This document shows positions 25,057-37,300 of a stretch of 64,000 bases of DNA, one piece after another. Position numbers and translations under genes: made by a program. Position 1 is the first letter of the stretch. The number at the start of each line of letters is the position of its first letter. Source of the DNA: Leucoraja ocellata (Eukaryota); the NCBI GenBank assembly GCA_036785375.1, contig JAWMAR010000002.1:18166001-18230000 (forward strand), given 5' to 3'. The notes beneath the pieces are model-generated. The model had not been told where the DNA came from. It did not search any database and saw nothing but the letters and a program-made list of their open reading frames with translations.

Positions 25057-25679
25057 ACCAGTAAACTTGACAACGTTCTTTATTTTTGAGGAAAAACTTG
25101 GTTAACAGTGCGGATGGGCAGAGTTATCACACAGAACTTTGAAGATTTAATATTCCATTCATGACACCTTTAACATAGCAAAGCATTCCAATGCACCTCA
25201 TTGGAGCATACCACTTTGGGAGATTATTACTAATATGATCCCTAAAGAGGCTCCTTAAAAAGAGAGAAATAGGAGTAATTAAAATTTAGAAAAGTTTCAG
25301 AGACTAGAATTAGGCAAATCGAAATGCCTTGGTGGACTGCAGGAGTAGTGGATTACAGAGAGTGGTTTCACCCATTACAGAATGGGTGAAACCATGAAGG
25401 GATTTGAAAGCAAGATTAAGAACGTTACAAAGGTTAACTGGGAGCCATACGGATCAGCAAGAACAAGGATGATGGATGAACAAGGATTTGATATGATTTA
25501 GGACAATGGAAGCAGAATATTGAATGACCTCACGTTTTTAGAAGATAGAATGATCATGGTCATTTTTGTTAAAAAGTGCATTTAAATTGTATTTTTTTAC
25601 ATCCTCGAGTGTGAGAAAACAACCAGAAAATCAGTTTTGCTTATTTTAATCAAGGAAAAAAAAATCACCAAGGTAAAAG

Positions 25680-25860
25680 ATAACACCACTAGTCTTGAAT
25701 TAAGTAAAATCATGAAATATTTTACCCAAGAGAGCAGATAAGGTCTCAATTTAAAACTTTGATTTCAAGTGGAACAATGCATAAATCATACAGGAGTGTT
25801 AGCAAGATGTTTATCCAAGTCACTGGAGTGTGTCTCTAGGTCACTATATGCTGATTCATG
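25680..25860 (-). mobile_element. Degraded Deu-domain SINE
   Basis: gagagcagataaggtctcaatttaaa...gtgttagcaagatgtttatccaagtcactggagtg is the antisense of the Deu core. Confidence 0.4.
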
Positions 25861-26807
25861 TTGAGAATCACAGAAGGATGCCATTCAGCCCATTGAGTCT
25901 GTCCCACTCTCAAGCCTTTCAAATAGCCTCACTTCAATCTTATGCAGCCCTCAAATTCTGTTTTCATATACTTACCCAGAATCCTTCTGTGATAAAATGG
26001 AATCTACTTCCACCATTACAACTTGTAGTCACCCCAGACCTTAACCATACCATGTAAGAAATTCTCCTCCAACCTCACATTGTAAACTATTTTCCTCATG
26101 TCATTAAAAACACCTGACTGCAGCTGTCAGGTCAGTTACTCCAGAGTAACAAAAAGCACAGAGGAGGGTTTTATGAACAGATGCACCAATAGTGACCAGA
26201 TATCATAAAGGTAGAAATGGACAGCATCAGTGACAATATACATTTAAACTTGGCTAGCCAATCACAAGCCCTATGGGATTTAATGATGTATGTCAAAGTT
26301 GGCTCAGAGTGTGTAGAAATTTGATATTCAGATTTGATGTGAATATGCCATGCTAGCCTGGTTCAGTACTTCATCCATGCCAGGCTGATTATGAGACACC
26401 AATATCATCAGATTTATTTATGTTTCAATCAGTTGCTAGCGAAGGATAAACTCAATGGCTTGACTAGTTTGCCACGGGTCTAAATGTAAAATCGTTAAAA
26501 TTAAATAATAAAATTAAAGTGCTCCAGAAAGGGTTCATGTTGAAAATAAACGCTGCCAATATCCTTGTGCAACAACTATTGTTATGTCTGTTCTTTCCAT
26601 TCGGAATGGAGCAAAAAGTTACTCAATATGAAGTGCGTTTACCATACAAGTCATGGAAAACACTGAAAAACTATCACCTCATGGCATATATTTCGATTGT
26701 TTTCATCAAAGAGTGCAGCTTTAATTGAAACACCCTCCCCCTTTCAAAAAAAGCTATTCCCCCCCCTAAATCAGTATTTTACAAAGTTGCCATACACGTA
26801 ACCTTAC

Positions 26808-26850
26808 CATTCAGCCTTGCTTGCCTGTTGGACCTTACTCGCAAAAATGT
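26808..26850 (-). CDS. RNF220: RNF220 internal coding exon (43 bp, phase 0->1)
   Basis: Long pyrimidine tract then ttctttatAG|ACA TTT TTG CGA GTA AGG TCC AAC AGG CAA GCA AGG CTG AAT G|GTAAGG = TFLRVRSNRQARLN (human TFLRVRANRQTRLN). Confidence 0.95.
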
Positions 26851-27006
26851 CTATAAAGAAAAACAGAAAAGAAAGGTGAAAAATAAATAAGAAGCACTTA
26901 AACTGTCAAATACTGCCCGAATATAAGTGAAATATATGCTTGAAGCAGATGGATTGCAGTGGATTCTCCCATTGCCCCAACTACACAGGATGTAAACAAA
27001 ACCTAC

Positions 27007-27099
27007 TTCCTCCTTGCCATTGGTGTGTTCTGGATCCTCCACTCCTGCTGGGTCCATGGCAGGAATAAAATGGGATAACCTGTCAATATTACTTGGCAT
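27007..27099 (-). CDS. RNF220: Putative alternative first coding exon of a short (N-terminally truncated) RNF220 isoform
   Basis: ATG at 27099 opens MPSNIDRLSHFIPAMDPAGVEDPEHTNGKEE, ending GAA|GTAGGT at phase 0. A 156-bp intron leads to the phase-0 exon 26808-26850. The second ATG (27057) is in GCCATGG Kozak context. Confidence 0.65.
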
Positions 27100-27124
27100 G
27101 AATGTAGCACCTGGAAGCTTTGCA

Positions 27125-27332
27125 CCTTTATAATCCGATCCGTGCAGTTCACAGCAACTGGGAGGATGTCATTGGATTGCAACCAAGAGGCTGCATCTTG
27201 CACAGCTTACACCAGGCCCCGGAGAAAGCGCGGCCACGTGACCGTCGGCGAAAGGTGAAAGTGCACATCACAAAGCGCGCCTGCGCCAAGCGCCCGATAG
27301 GTGGCAGCAGTTCAGCATCCAAGAACAGCGCC
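27125..27332 (-). promoter_or_regulatory. Internal CpG-rich promoter candidate (TATA, CCAAT, E-box, NRF1-like, CTCF-like motifs)
   Basis: Local CpG cluster not attributable to a repeat. Minus strand: TATAAAGG 27132-27125, CCAAT 27175-27171, GTCACGTGGC 27242-27233. Plus strand: GCGCCTGCGC 27277-27286, CCGATAGGTGGCAG 27294-27307. Confidence 0.6.
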
Positions 27333-28599
27333 TGGACTTCTCTCAGTCAGCGCTGCAGCCCACGCTGTTCCTGCTCTTTGCAAAACACTTCATGCACTTC
27401 TTAATTATACCTGAAAACAACTTCATGCATTCAAGACAGAACATAATTTTTTTAAGCATTCAAGGCAGAAAATAAACCTTTCATCAATACAAGAAACAGT
27501 GGGACAATTTCCCTTCACATCTTAAGCAAACCCCCTTGAACTGAAAGTTGCACATTGAATTAATACAACATTAGAATTGGGAAAGAACAGGTAAATGGTG
27601 TCATTGAATGAAAAATACACACACACAAATTAGATTGCAGACTACTGATGAGACTGGTACAGTGATAACAGCTCCTCATAGAGACAACATTCTCTGACAC
27701 TATTCCTTCTGCATGTGAGAGGTTAATGATAGCACAACACAGTAAAACACATTTTCATCAACAACAGGAGAGCATCAATTATACAAACTATTTATAATTA
27801 GAAGTGGTGAGGATCCAATAATTCACTTACTGAGATACTCAAACACTAATTAAGCCAGATATACAGTTTGTTTTCTCTCACCGTTAAGGATGTCGTCTTC
27901 TGGAGTCATAAAGTACAGAAGACCATTTGGCTATCATGTCTATGTCAGTGATTTGAAAGGGCTCTCCAATTTGTTGCATTCTCCTGCTCTTTCTTTGTCA
28001 ATATCCTGCATTTATTTTCTTTTTCACGTATATAACAATTTCCCTTTTGAAATTTATTGTTGGATCATCTTGTAACCACTGCACTCCAAGCCACCGAATC
28101 AAATAATGTTTAGCTAAAACTTAACTCACCTGATTATTTTGCCTGATATCTTAAATTTATGTCTTCTGGTTTCTGAGCCTCCAGATAGAGAAAATATTTG
28201 CCTCTTATTTAGTTCATTAGACCTCTCATAACTTTGGATATTAAATCTACTCTTAACCTTCTCTATGGAGAACAGTCATGGATTTTCTTGATTGACCCAC
28301 ATTCAAGTTCCCTCATTTCAGGTTTCATTCCATTAAAACTCATCTGCAACCTCTCTATACATTTTGCTGTAATTTAGCAATTATTTTTATAAAGGATCCT
28401 TGCAATCTATGGTGTTCTGTCCTAGTATATTCTGCATGGTGAATTTCAAGAGTACCTACGACATAAAGCTGCAATAAGAAATACCCTTCTTGAGCTTAAA
28501 TGCATGAGCAATTATACCTCTGTCAATTGTGACATGAATTATTGAGAATTACCTGAGCAGTAGGCATTGGTTTGCTTGTCTGTATGCATGATTTTTTAA

Positions 28600-28903
28600 A
28601 GAGATACTGTATAGCGTGGAAACAGGCCCTTTGCTCCAACAAGTCCACGCCAACCGTTGATCACCCTTACACTAATTCCATGTTATCCCACATTTGCATG
28701 CTACAGACAATTTACAGAGTCCAATTAACCTACAATTTTGGCACGTCTTTGGAATGTGGGAGGAAACCAGAGCACGCAGAGAAAACCCACGAGGTAGCAG
28801 GGAGAAATTGCAACCTTTGCATGGAGAGCACCCGTAGCCAGGATCAAACCCGGGTCTCTGGTGCTGTGAGGCAGCACTTCTACCCCTGCACCACTCTGCT
28901 GCC
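28600..28903 (-). mobile_element. HE1 V-SINE
   Basis: gagatactgtatagcgtggaaacaggccc...ggatcaaacccgggtctctggtgctgtgaggcagcacttctacccctgcaccac. Confidence 0.85.
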
Positions 28904-29335
28904 TTTAAGTAGTAGAATGGATGCTCCGGAATAGAGAGCTGTTTGTGTAATTCCACCGAGTGAAAGATTTTGGTTATATTCATTCACTTAACAAAAGTAC
29001 AACAGCATTAGCAGGACCTTTGTGAACCAATGGCAACCTCAAAGTGAAAATGTTTCCCATTTGTTCAAAATATTGAGGGTGAACCATATTTTACAAAATA
29101 AAACTGTTCAGAGTTTTAATGGGGTAAGAGTTTTAAATGAAGCTGTGAACAGTGAGGGAGAAGAACGCAAACAGTCTTTCAGCCCATCTAGTTTACTAGA
29201 TAATTTCACATCTGGGGAGATCAGTTAATCTTTCTTATAACTTTGGATTAATAGAAGGTGCCATTTTTAATATATTTTGCCTTAATCAACTTTCCACTGA
29301 ATCATGATAGTGTTCATTTATTAATAGAGTTAAGT

Positions 29336-29602
29336 GGTTACTTTGGAATTGAGAGGAAAGTTTAAAGGAGATGTGCAAGGCATTTTTTTTACACAGAGAG
29401 TGATGGGTGCCTGGAAAGCACTGCTAGGGGTGATAGTGGAGGCAGAAACAATAGTGACATTTAAGAGGTCTTCAGATAAGTACATGGATATGCAGGGAAG
29501 GGAGGGATATAGATTACGAGCAGGCACAGGCGATTAGTTTAACGTCATCATGTTTGGCAAAGACATTGTGGACTGTTCCTATGCTTTACAGTTCTATGTT
29601 CT
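29336..29602 (+). mobile_element. CR1 LINE 3' end
   Basis: Translates RGKFKGDVQGIFFTQRVMGAWKALLGVIVEAETIVTFKRSSDKYM; tail ttctatgttcta. Confidence 0.85.
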
Positions 29603-32222
29603 ACGTGTAGATTTTGGCAACATTACCTTGAATTCAATCCTTTGCTTTAGTTCTGATTCAGTACAAATTAAAACTCAAAATTAACCTCTTTGTTCCCTTC
29701 ATGATTTAAGTGTGTTGCTAATGATCTTTTCCTCTTATCCACTACAATTTGTTTCCAGTATTCTGTTTAACTTTATGTTTCCCGTCCCGTGATTTTAAAA
29801 TGCAGTCCTGTACAATCATTGTCGTCTTCCCTCGATCCTTCCCTCAGACTCTTATCTTTATGTTAATTAAGCATCGAAAGAAGAACGTCATGTTCTCATT
29901 TTGCCTTCTCACTGACAAAAAAAAGTGATTTCTCATCAAGGTAAGTGATTTCTCATTTCAGGAAAGAATAACAACGTCAGTAGTAATTACCTGATTCTTC
30001 TGCTTTCTCACTACACATTATATTACCTTCATCAATGAATGAGTAGCAAGAGAATTCCACATTTAAGGGACTAACATTTTACAGAATTTAAAATTGCGGA
30101 AGAATTAAAATTCAGTAACAAGTAAATAAATAAAACACATTTTTGCAAGATCACATAACATCTAGATATTTTTTACTTGGTAAAATATCACAGGACTGCG
30201 CTCCTTGGACAAACTATTTTCATTAAGGGTCGAAAGAAGGTTGATGTCACCAAGCTAGGTCACCTTGGGGTTAAGATACCTGAACAATGAGATCCCTCAG
30301 ATGTTGAGGTATATCTCAAATGATATGCCCAGCAATGGAAATTCAGACCCAAACTAAACCCCAGGAGAACACGATATACTCAACGGAAGGTCAGACAGGC
30401 CAATGTGAGGCAACTGATAATTATCCAGCCACTCCAGCTCATTAGCTCAACTTGGAGGGTAGAACAGTCATTGGAGCTGGCATTCTTCTCATTCCAATCT
30501 TTCTAAATAAACTTTCTAAAATAATCCAAAATCGTGATCCAGCAGAAAAGTTACGTGGTCTTTACTTCTGCTTCGCAACATGAGTTTGGTCCTGAAAGTT
30601 TTGTTGGTTAAGCTCCAGCATTTCACAATGTGCATATTCGCAGGTCTGTCAATTTCCAAATTTGCTTAAAATCCTTGGGTTTAAATAAATCAAGTATGTG
30701 CACCCCACTCGTGGAAAACAGAATCCACATCTGTGTGCAATTCCTGTGTGTTAAAGACTCTTAAAGATGGGGACAGATTTTTGCGTTACAAGGGAGTAGA
30801 TTACTTTTTGGCAATGCACTCCTGATATGTAATGGGGAAGACAAAATATGTGTACAGCGCTGGAGAAAACACAGTCACTACTCACAAAGCCCAATTGCTA
30901 AAGAAGGGCACAATATGTCAGACTTGTTAAAATAATACTTTTTAAATCAAACAGTGAAATTAGCATTTTTGTTCCAGCCCCTTACTGGGTGGTGTTTTAT
31001 TTTCACACTTATTAATTTGACTGCCAAAACTACAAATAAAAAATGTGATGCTCCTGCACTATGTTTACACATTCCATGAAAATTCTAATGTGAGCGAAGT
31101 AAAACAGTTTGACCCCCCACCAAAATTATCCACCATCCAGTCATTATTTTTGCTTATTTGTATTTGTTTTTTTGCAGTTCTCCTGTTCCTCTGATAATAG
31201 ACCTGACAAATGCACCATTGGGAATGGTAAATGGCCAAACAGAACATGGTTTGAGCTGAGTTAACTGACATAAGCCGCAGCAACAGTAGGTGCACTGTAA
31301 TTGGTCTCAGAACTCTTGAGCTATGGAAAGGTAAATCAACCCGTGGCCTCGATCTCGATCATTATCCAGTGACTTGAAAGACAGAGTGCAAACTCCAGCT
31401 GAGAACTGACCAGCTTTGACCATCGTAGTCCCTAAGATGGAAGAGCTATGTTAAAAAGCACCACCCAAGTTACAAAATGAATGGTTGGTTGTCCAGGATA
31501 GGTGAAGAACTACTGATGCCTGAGCATCAATGCTTCAACACAAGTCGTTGATTTGAGGATCCGACAGTAGGGAAAAAAAGTGTGAATAATAATTTATTTT
31601 CAAGCCAGCTATTTTCCAGGTTTCAAATCATAAAAACCTTTCTATTGTCCAGAGCCTGCACAAATTAAAACTGGTTTCATATTAATAGCTCTTTTTAGTG
31701 ACCAGCTTTAATGACCTGCTCAAAAGTGGAATGGTTTCTGTATGATAATATATATATATTTTTAAATCATATATTCCAAGTGATGAAATCAACTTCCTAA
31801 TAGCATTCTCAGTAACTAACATAATCAGGTTTATGTAACTCTTCAGGAAATATTGGCATTATATTGAACTTAATTTTTTGTTTAAATAATCCTAATTGCC
31901 GGTTACTTGAGTTGTTCCCTAGAATTAAAAATATCTCTCTTTTTATCATTACCCATTGTAAAACCTTTATTTTTTTTAAAGGAATCCTACTGGTGAGAAT
32001 TCCTACTTCAGATGATCCTTGCTGATGAGATTGACCATTTAAATGATGCTCTGATTTAAAAGGGAGTCCTGTTGATAAATCACATGAATGAATATCCTTT
32101 CGGAAAAGGTTTCCTCATTCTGATATTGGAATAGTTGGAACATTATCCAGATACACATACGAATCACATTGCACCTGGGTTCTTACAACTGCCAATGGAT
32201 GCCATGCTTTCCCTTTTCCCAC

Positions 32223-32318
32223 CTGGTATCTGTCTGAATGATGAGTGTCATCTGCAGAGAGAGGTGATGCTGTCGGTGATTCCCCTTCCCTTTTAATTGG
32301 TGCTGATAGCAATACAGA
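32223..32318 (-). CDS. RNF220: RNF220 internal coding exon (96 bp, phase 0->0)
   Basis: ttccacAG|TCT...CAG|GTGGGA; translates SVLLSAPIKREGESPTASPLSADDTHHSDRYQ, matching human RNF220 SLLLSASIKREGESPTASPHSSATDDLHHSDRYQ. Confidence 0.95.
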
Positions 32319-33334
32319 CTGTGGAAAAAGAAAATAACATTTTGTTAAAGCTACACCATTCACAATATTGCAAATTAAAAGAAAATGTCAATATTAGAAA
32401 ACATTAACATTGTCAAAATAGGACTACAATTCATGTTGGTAGGAACACATAACACCAGTGTACAAGTAATTCTGGCAATGTCTTCTCATCTCTTCTCATC
32501 GACTCACAGTATTGTGCTGGTATCTGCTTCTCTTTGTTAGAAGGGAATGCCCACAGTTCTCTCTATTAATCCTTATGATAAAATGTTCTCAAAGAATATT
32601 TCTCAAAGAAAGGAAAATACATCAAACTCACAGTATTTCTCAAAGAAAGGAAAATGCATCAAAAATATTACAAAGAGGTTCAAATTATCAGGTGTGATCC
32701 ACGTTCTGCTGTCTTAAACTAATTTTCCTTTCTTCCCACGCACTTTGACCAATTTCCAAGCAAGATTGAAAAACCACCAAGACCACCTACCTATTCTGAG
32801 ACAACAACTGATAACAAGACTTAAAATTCTTTCTACAGGTTTGAAGTTAGTAAAAAAAATGCTTGCCAGTGTGAATTTACACAGCAAGCCAAGAATTGTT
32901 ACAACTTTGTGACTGTTTGCAATAATAACATTATGAATCAAACCTTAGGAATCAGAAGGTAAAGTGAATCCCATGAAAAGTAATGCAATGTTTTACAAAA
33001 AAGACAGTCTCACATTCCTTGACATGACTTGGAGTTTAGCAACAGCTTTAATTTATGCAGCGATGCTCTACCCATTTAAAAAGGCACTACATAGGAGAAT
33101 TAGAAAATAAAATTTGATACCAGGTTTCAACTGAAGTTAGTGGAAAAGATAATCAAAAGCTAGGTTCAAATTTTGGGAGTGGGGAAAGAGGGGTCGAATT
33201 CGAGAGTTTAGAGTTCATGCAGCTGAAAGACTTCCCCACAAAGGTGGAACAACATAAAGCAGGGATTCATAACAAGCTAATATTGAAATATAACTCAAAT
33301 GTGGTATCAAACTGGTTTAAAAACATTGATTGTC

Positions 33335-33840
33335 AAGAGCATCAAGAGTCAAGAGTGTTTAATTGTCATATGCACCGAGAATAGAACAATGAGTTTCTTA
33401 ACTGGTGCAGCTTTACATAAATATTAATGCAACAACACAACAAATAAATATACAATAATCAATAACACAATAAAGATCAGTAATAATAGTTAACCAGACT
33501 ATAATAGTACAAACTGAAGTACATAATGCAATCTAAACAAAGTCCACTATTGATCATTGCTGAGATAGGTTTGTGGTTGGCATTGTGGAGTGTGGTTCAA
33601 GAACCTCTTAGTTGTTAACAAGATTTTTTCTTGAATCTCGAGGCTATGGTTCTCAGGCTCCTATATCTTCTTCATGATGGTAGCAATGAGATGACAGCAT
33701 GACCAGGGTGGCATGGGCCATTGATGATAACAGCTGCCTTTGAAGCAGCACTTCCTGCAGATCCTTTTGATGGTGTGGTGGCAATACACGATGGACCAGG
33801 CAATGTCCACCACTTTCTGCAACCTCCTACTTTGCCTTCT
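33335..33840 (-). mobile_element. Rex1/Babar-type LINE 3' end
   Basis: caagagtcaagagtgtttaattgtca tail; antisense ORF end gatggtagcaatgagatgacagcatgaccagggtgg (HPGH...LLP). Confidence 0.65.
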
Positions 33841-34239
33841 CAATTTCTGAGAATATAACTTAGTTTTGTGCAATCTCTCTTTGTAATTTAACAGTTCTGT
33901 CCAGATATCATTTGGTAAATTCACCCTGCACTTTCTCTTCAGATGGTGTGGTGATCAACAATATTTCAAGCATGACCTCTTTAGCGTTTTCCATTATATA
34001 ACTGTGGCAAAATTCATACCTCCTTGTATTCCACACCTCTATATCTAAAAGACAGGAAAGCATTAGGTCTTCTCATTATTTCCTGTTGGATGTCCTTATG
34101 GATATGGACCATTACATTTCTCTGAATCTTTACTGCTTTCCAGTTTTTTACCATTTAGCAAGTTCTCTGCTCTGACTTTTTGAGTTTCAAACTGGATGAC
34201 CTTACACATGACCATTGATATCCATCATCACTACAATTT

Positions 34240-34371
34240 GTGTAGGAAAGAACTGCAGATGCTGGTTTACATCGAAGATAGACACAAAATGCTGGAGTAA
34301 CTCAATGGGACAGGCAGCATCGCTGGATAGAAGGAATGGATGATGTTTCAGGTCGAGACCCTTCTTCAGAC
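34240..34371 (-). mobile_element. Penelope terminal repeat with hammerhead-like core
   Basis: gtaggaaagaactgcagatgctgg...gatgtttcaggtcgagacccttcttcagac. Confidence 0.8.
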
Positions 34372-37300
34372 TACAATTTGACATTTACTTAATCTGCCAA
34401 AATTCTCCATATAATTTCATGCTTCCATCCATAGTTCTTACAGCGCTGTTTATATTTATGCAATCAGCTTTCCATCCCAATAAGCTAGTTATTTGTAAAT
34501 GTCATGAATGATTGTTGCCCTAAAATTTTCACAGGATCCGCCCAATGACATGGTGCCAATTTCTGTAACTTCCCTTCATTTGCCACCAATTCCATTACCT
34601 TTAGCTTTACCTAGCTGTATCAAACGTAGGTTCTGGGAAGTAATATTGCAACATTGAACATTAATCATCATAGATTTAAATTTTAAAATTGACTCAACTT
34701 GTACCAAAATTAAATCAGACACAAATATGCATTTACTTGGACCCGCCCAACTGGATGCAATAGTATATTAATATATACTGATAATTTTGCAATTTATTTT
34801 AATTCAATATGGCATGGTGATGGGCATAAAGTGTAAAGCCAAAATGAAATGAAGAAAACCAACATGTCCCATTAAGCCTATCCTTCCCAATGAGCCCAAT
34901 CAACTACATTTGGGCACAGCATCAAGTTCTCTTTTTCAGTCTTTCTATCTACCATGGGAGGCAAATAATCATTTCCATGAAAAGAAAATGAATTGCATAT
35001 TATTTTCTTGAGGCAAAAGGCTGTTTACCTAACACTGCAGGTTATCCAATTAAAATTCTTAAGCCCAGACCTGTTCTATTGATTCAAAGAAGACTTTGTC
35101 TATTCAACTTAGAATTATTATCTGAGCTACAACCTATTCCTATCAACTTCAATCCCTTTCATAGATATTTCACCCTGGTCTTTTTCAAGGATTCAATCAA
35201 TGTAGCATGTTCTGCTTTTGATAGGAATCAGTTCTACATATCTGCAACTGTGTGGGGGAAAAAACTTTTTTTTTAATCTCTAGTCTTGCTTGAGGCGTAT
35301 CAATTTTGTACGTGTGCTCGAGTCCCACAATCAAATTTAAAGTTAAATAACCTGCTTATATCCACGTTATCCCTGCCTTGCAGCATTTTAAAGTCCTGAA
35401 TCAGGCTATATCTTTTTTTATTCATTGAGAACATCAGATTCTGTCAGTCTATCTTCATAACATAGCACCAATTGTTAGAAGCATCCTTGTCACTCTGCTC
35501 CCAATCATTCACATAAAATCATTCTGATGTCAGACAGCCTGTAACTTATACATGTCCTCTGGGCACACAGTTGTATATTTCCCAACATTTTAATAAATCA
35601 TTACTTTTATTATTAATGGCCCAACTAAATTCTTAGTCATTACATGTGGGGAACAAGAATGACGCCACACAATAGTAATTAAAGAGTAGCGCAGTAACAA
35701 TCCATTTAAAAAATCTCACCAATAAGAACAAGAGTTATTTTTAATTGTTTATTTTAGATGCCAATTAATCAGAGATTTCTGTTTTAAATAATAAATGTTG
35801 ATGGCTTCATTTGGGACACACGCAGTGAGAGGATATGATATATGAGAGCTGATTTAATGAAATCAGTAGCCAAGGATGTTTCGCCAACTAAACCAACTCA
35901 CAAAGTGTGTTAGATCATTTCTTTAAAGGTGGTCATATTCAAACAGCTGTTCTATGTGAATCAATTTCTCCCAAGTGAGATCATCGGTTATCACTAATGT
36001 TTTAAAAATGATGTATTTAATCAGCAGAAACAAGATGAAGTAAAAGTATACTCCATTTTTACAAGTAATCTTGGTAGGAAGACTTTCACTTTAACTGCTG
36101 AGTTAGCATTTGCACTTCTTAGTTATATGGCTGGAGTGATGTCTGGGATGTGTCATTGTAGTATTTCGCAACATAAATTACTCTTCCTTTCTTTTCCAAA
36201 GCTTTTTATTTAAAATAGAGGTCAAATGATTATTAGGCCATAATAGTTCTCGTCAAGCAGAAGCTCATTCCTGTATTAATCAAATAACTGAATAATCGGT
36301 ATTTTCCCTATGCAGACAGTAGCATTAAATGTTATGTATTGGTTTCATACTTTTGGCCGGCTGCTAAAGCAAGGCCCATTTATTTCACAGCCTCCGAGAT
36401 CCATGGAAACGACCTCTGAAAAATGTAGGGCCGAACTAATCCCAAACATGTCAATCTCAGGCCCTCTTCTACATACGGCTGCAGCTCAGCTTAATAAACT
36501 ATTCTTAAATACTGTGGAGGCTGCTCACTTCCAAACACATCCCTTGCATGCGAAGTAGAAGTGCACAGCCACTGATACCAAATAATACTGTCCTTCTGGA
36601 GCTGTAGTGTGTTATAGGAGTGTCACAAATAATAGATCCTTTAATGCCAAACAGTTGCAGGTTGTCTGGGTGAATAATCGATTATTCAGTGATGACAAAA
36701 AGGGACAGAGGGCAGTTGTTACAATTTTAGCATTTTTTTTTTTTTACAATAAATATTGTTATTTTGAACTGCAGTGCAGCAACGGGGCATTATCAATCAT
36801 CCAATGCCATGAAGCACATTCCATTTTTCATGAGGACCAACGGTTGTAGTTGCCCAATGTGGCATTCGACTCAATAAGTATGTGGCGGTTGGATGATGTA
36901 GCACCAGAGTGTTGTAGGAATTAACAGCATTCACTCTGATCCAAAAGTAAAATATTCAGCAAGCTGAAACTGGACAGAAGGAGTAACATGGAGGAAAGGT
37001 CAGCGTGATTTTACACAACTGTCACTAATTTATTTTGCACAAGCCTTGTAAGTAAAACGACATTTACTGCTGGGGGCATCTAGTGGTAAGGGATTAATAC
37101 TGCATTGATTTAAACAAAAAAAATATTTGCTTATAGTGACGGACTGAAAAATATTATTGAAATCATTGGAAGCTAGTTTCGCCCATTCTATCATATCGCA
37201 TATTAACTGTTCATTTGGAACAGATGCTCAAATTGAACACTGCAGAATCAACTACTTTAATGATGGGCATGGTCTGGTTTCGTCATTAATGACTGGTCCA

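Noticed and set aside
25976-25986. 11-nt AG...GTAAGT microexon-like segment on the minus strand
   Set aside because: Lies in a degraded LINE-like stretch, is frame-breaking and has no other support.
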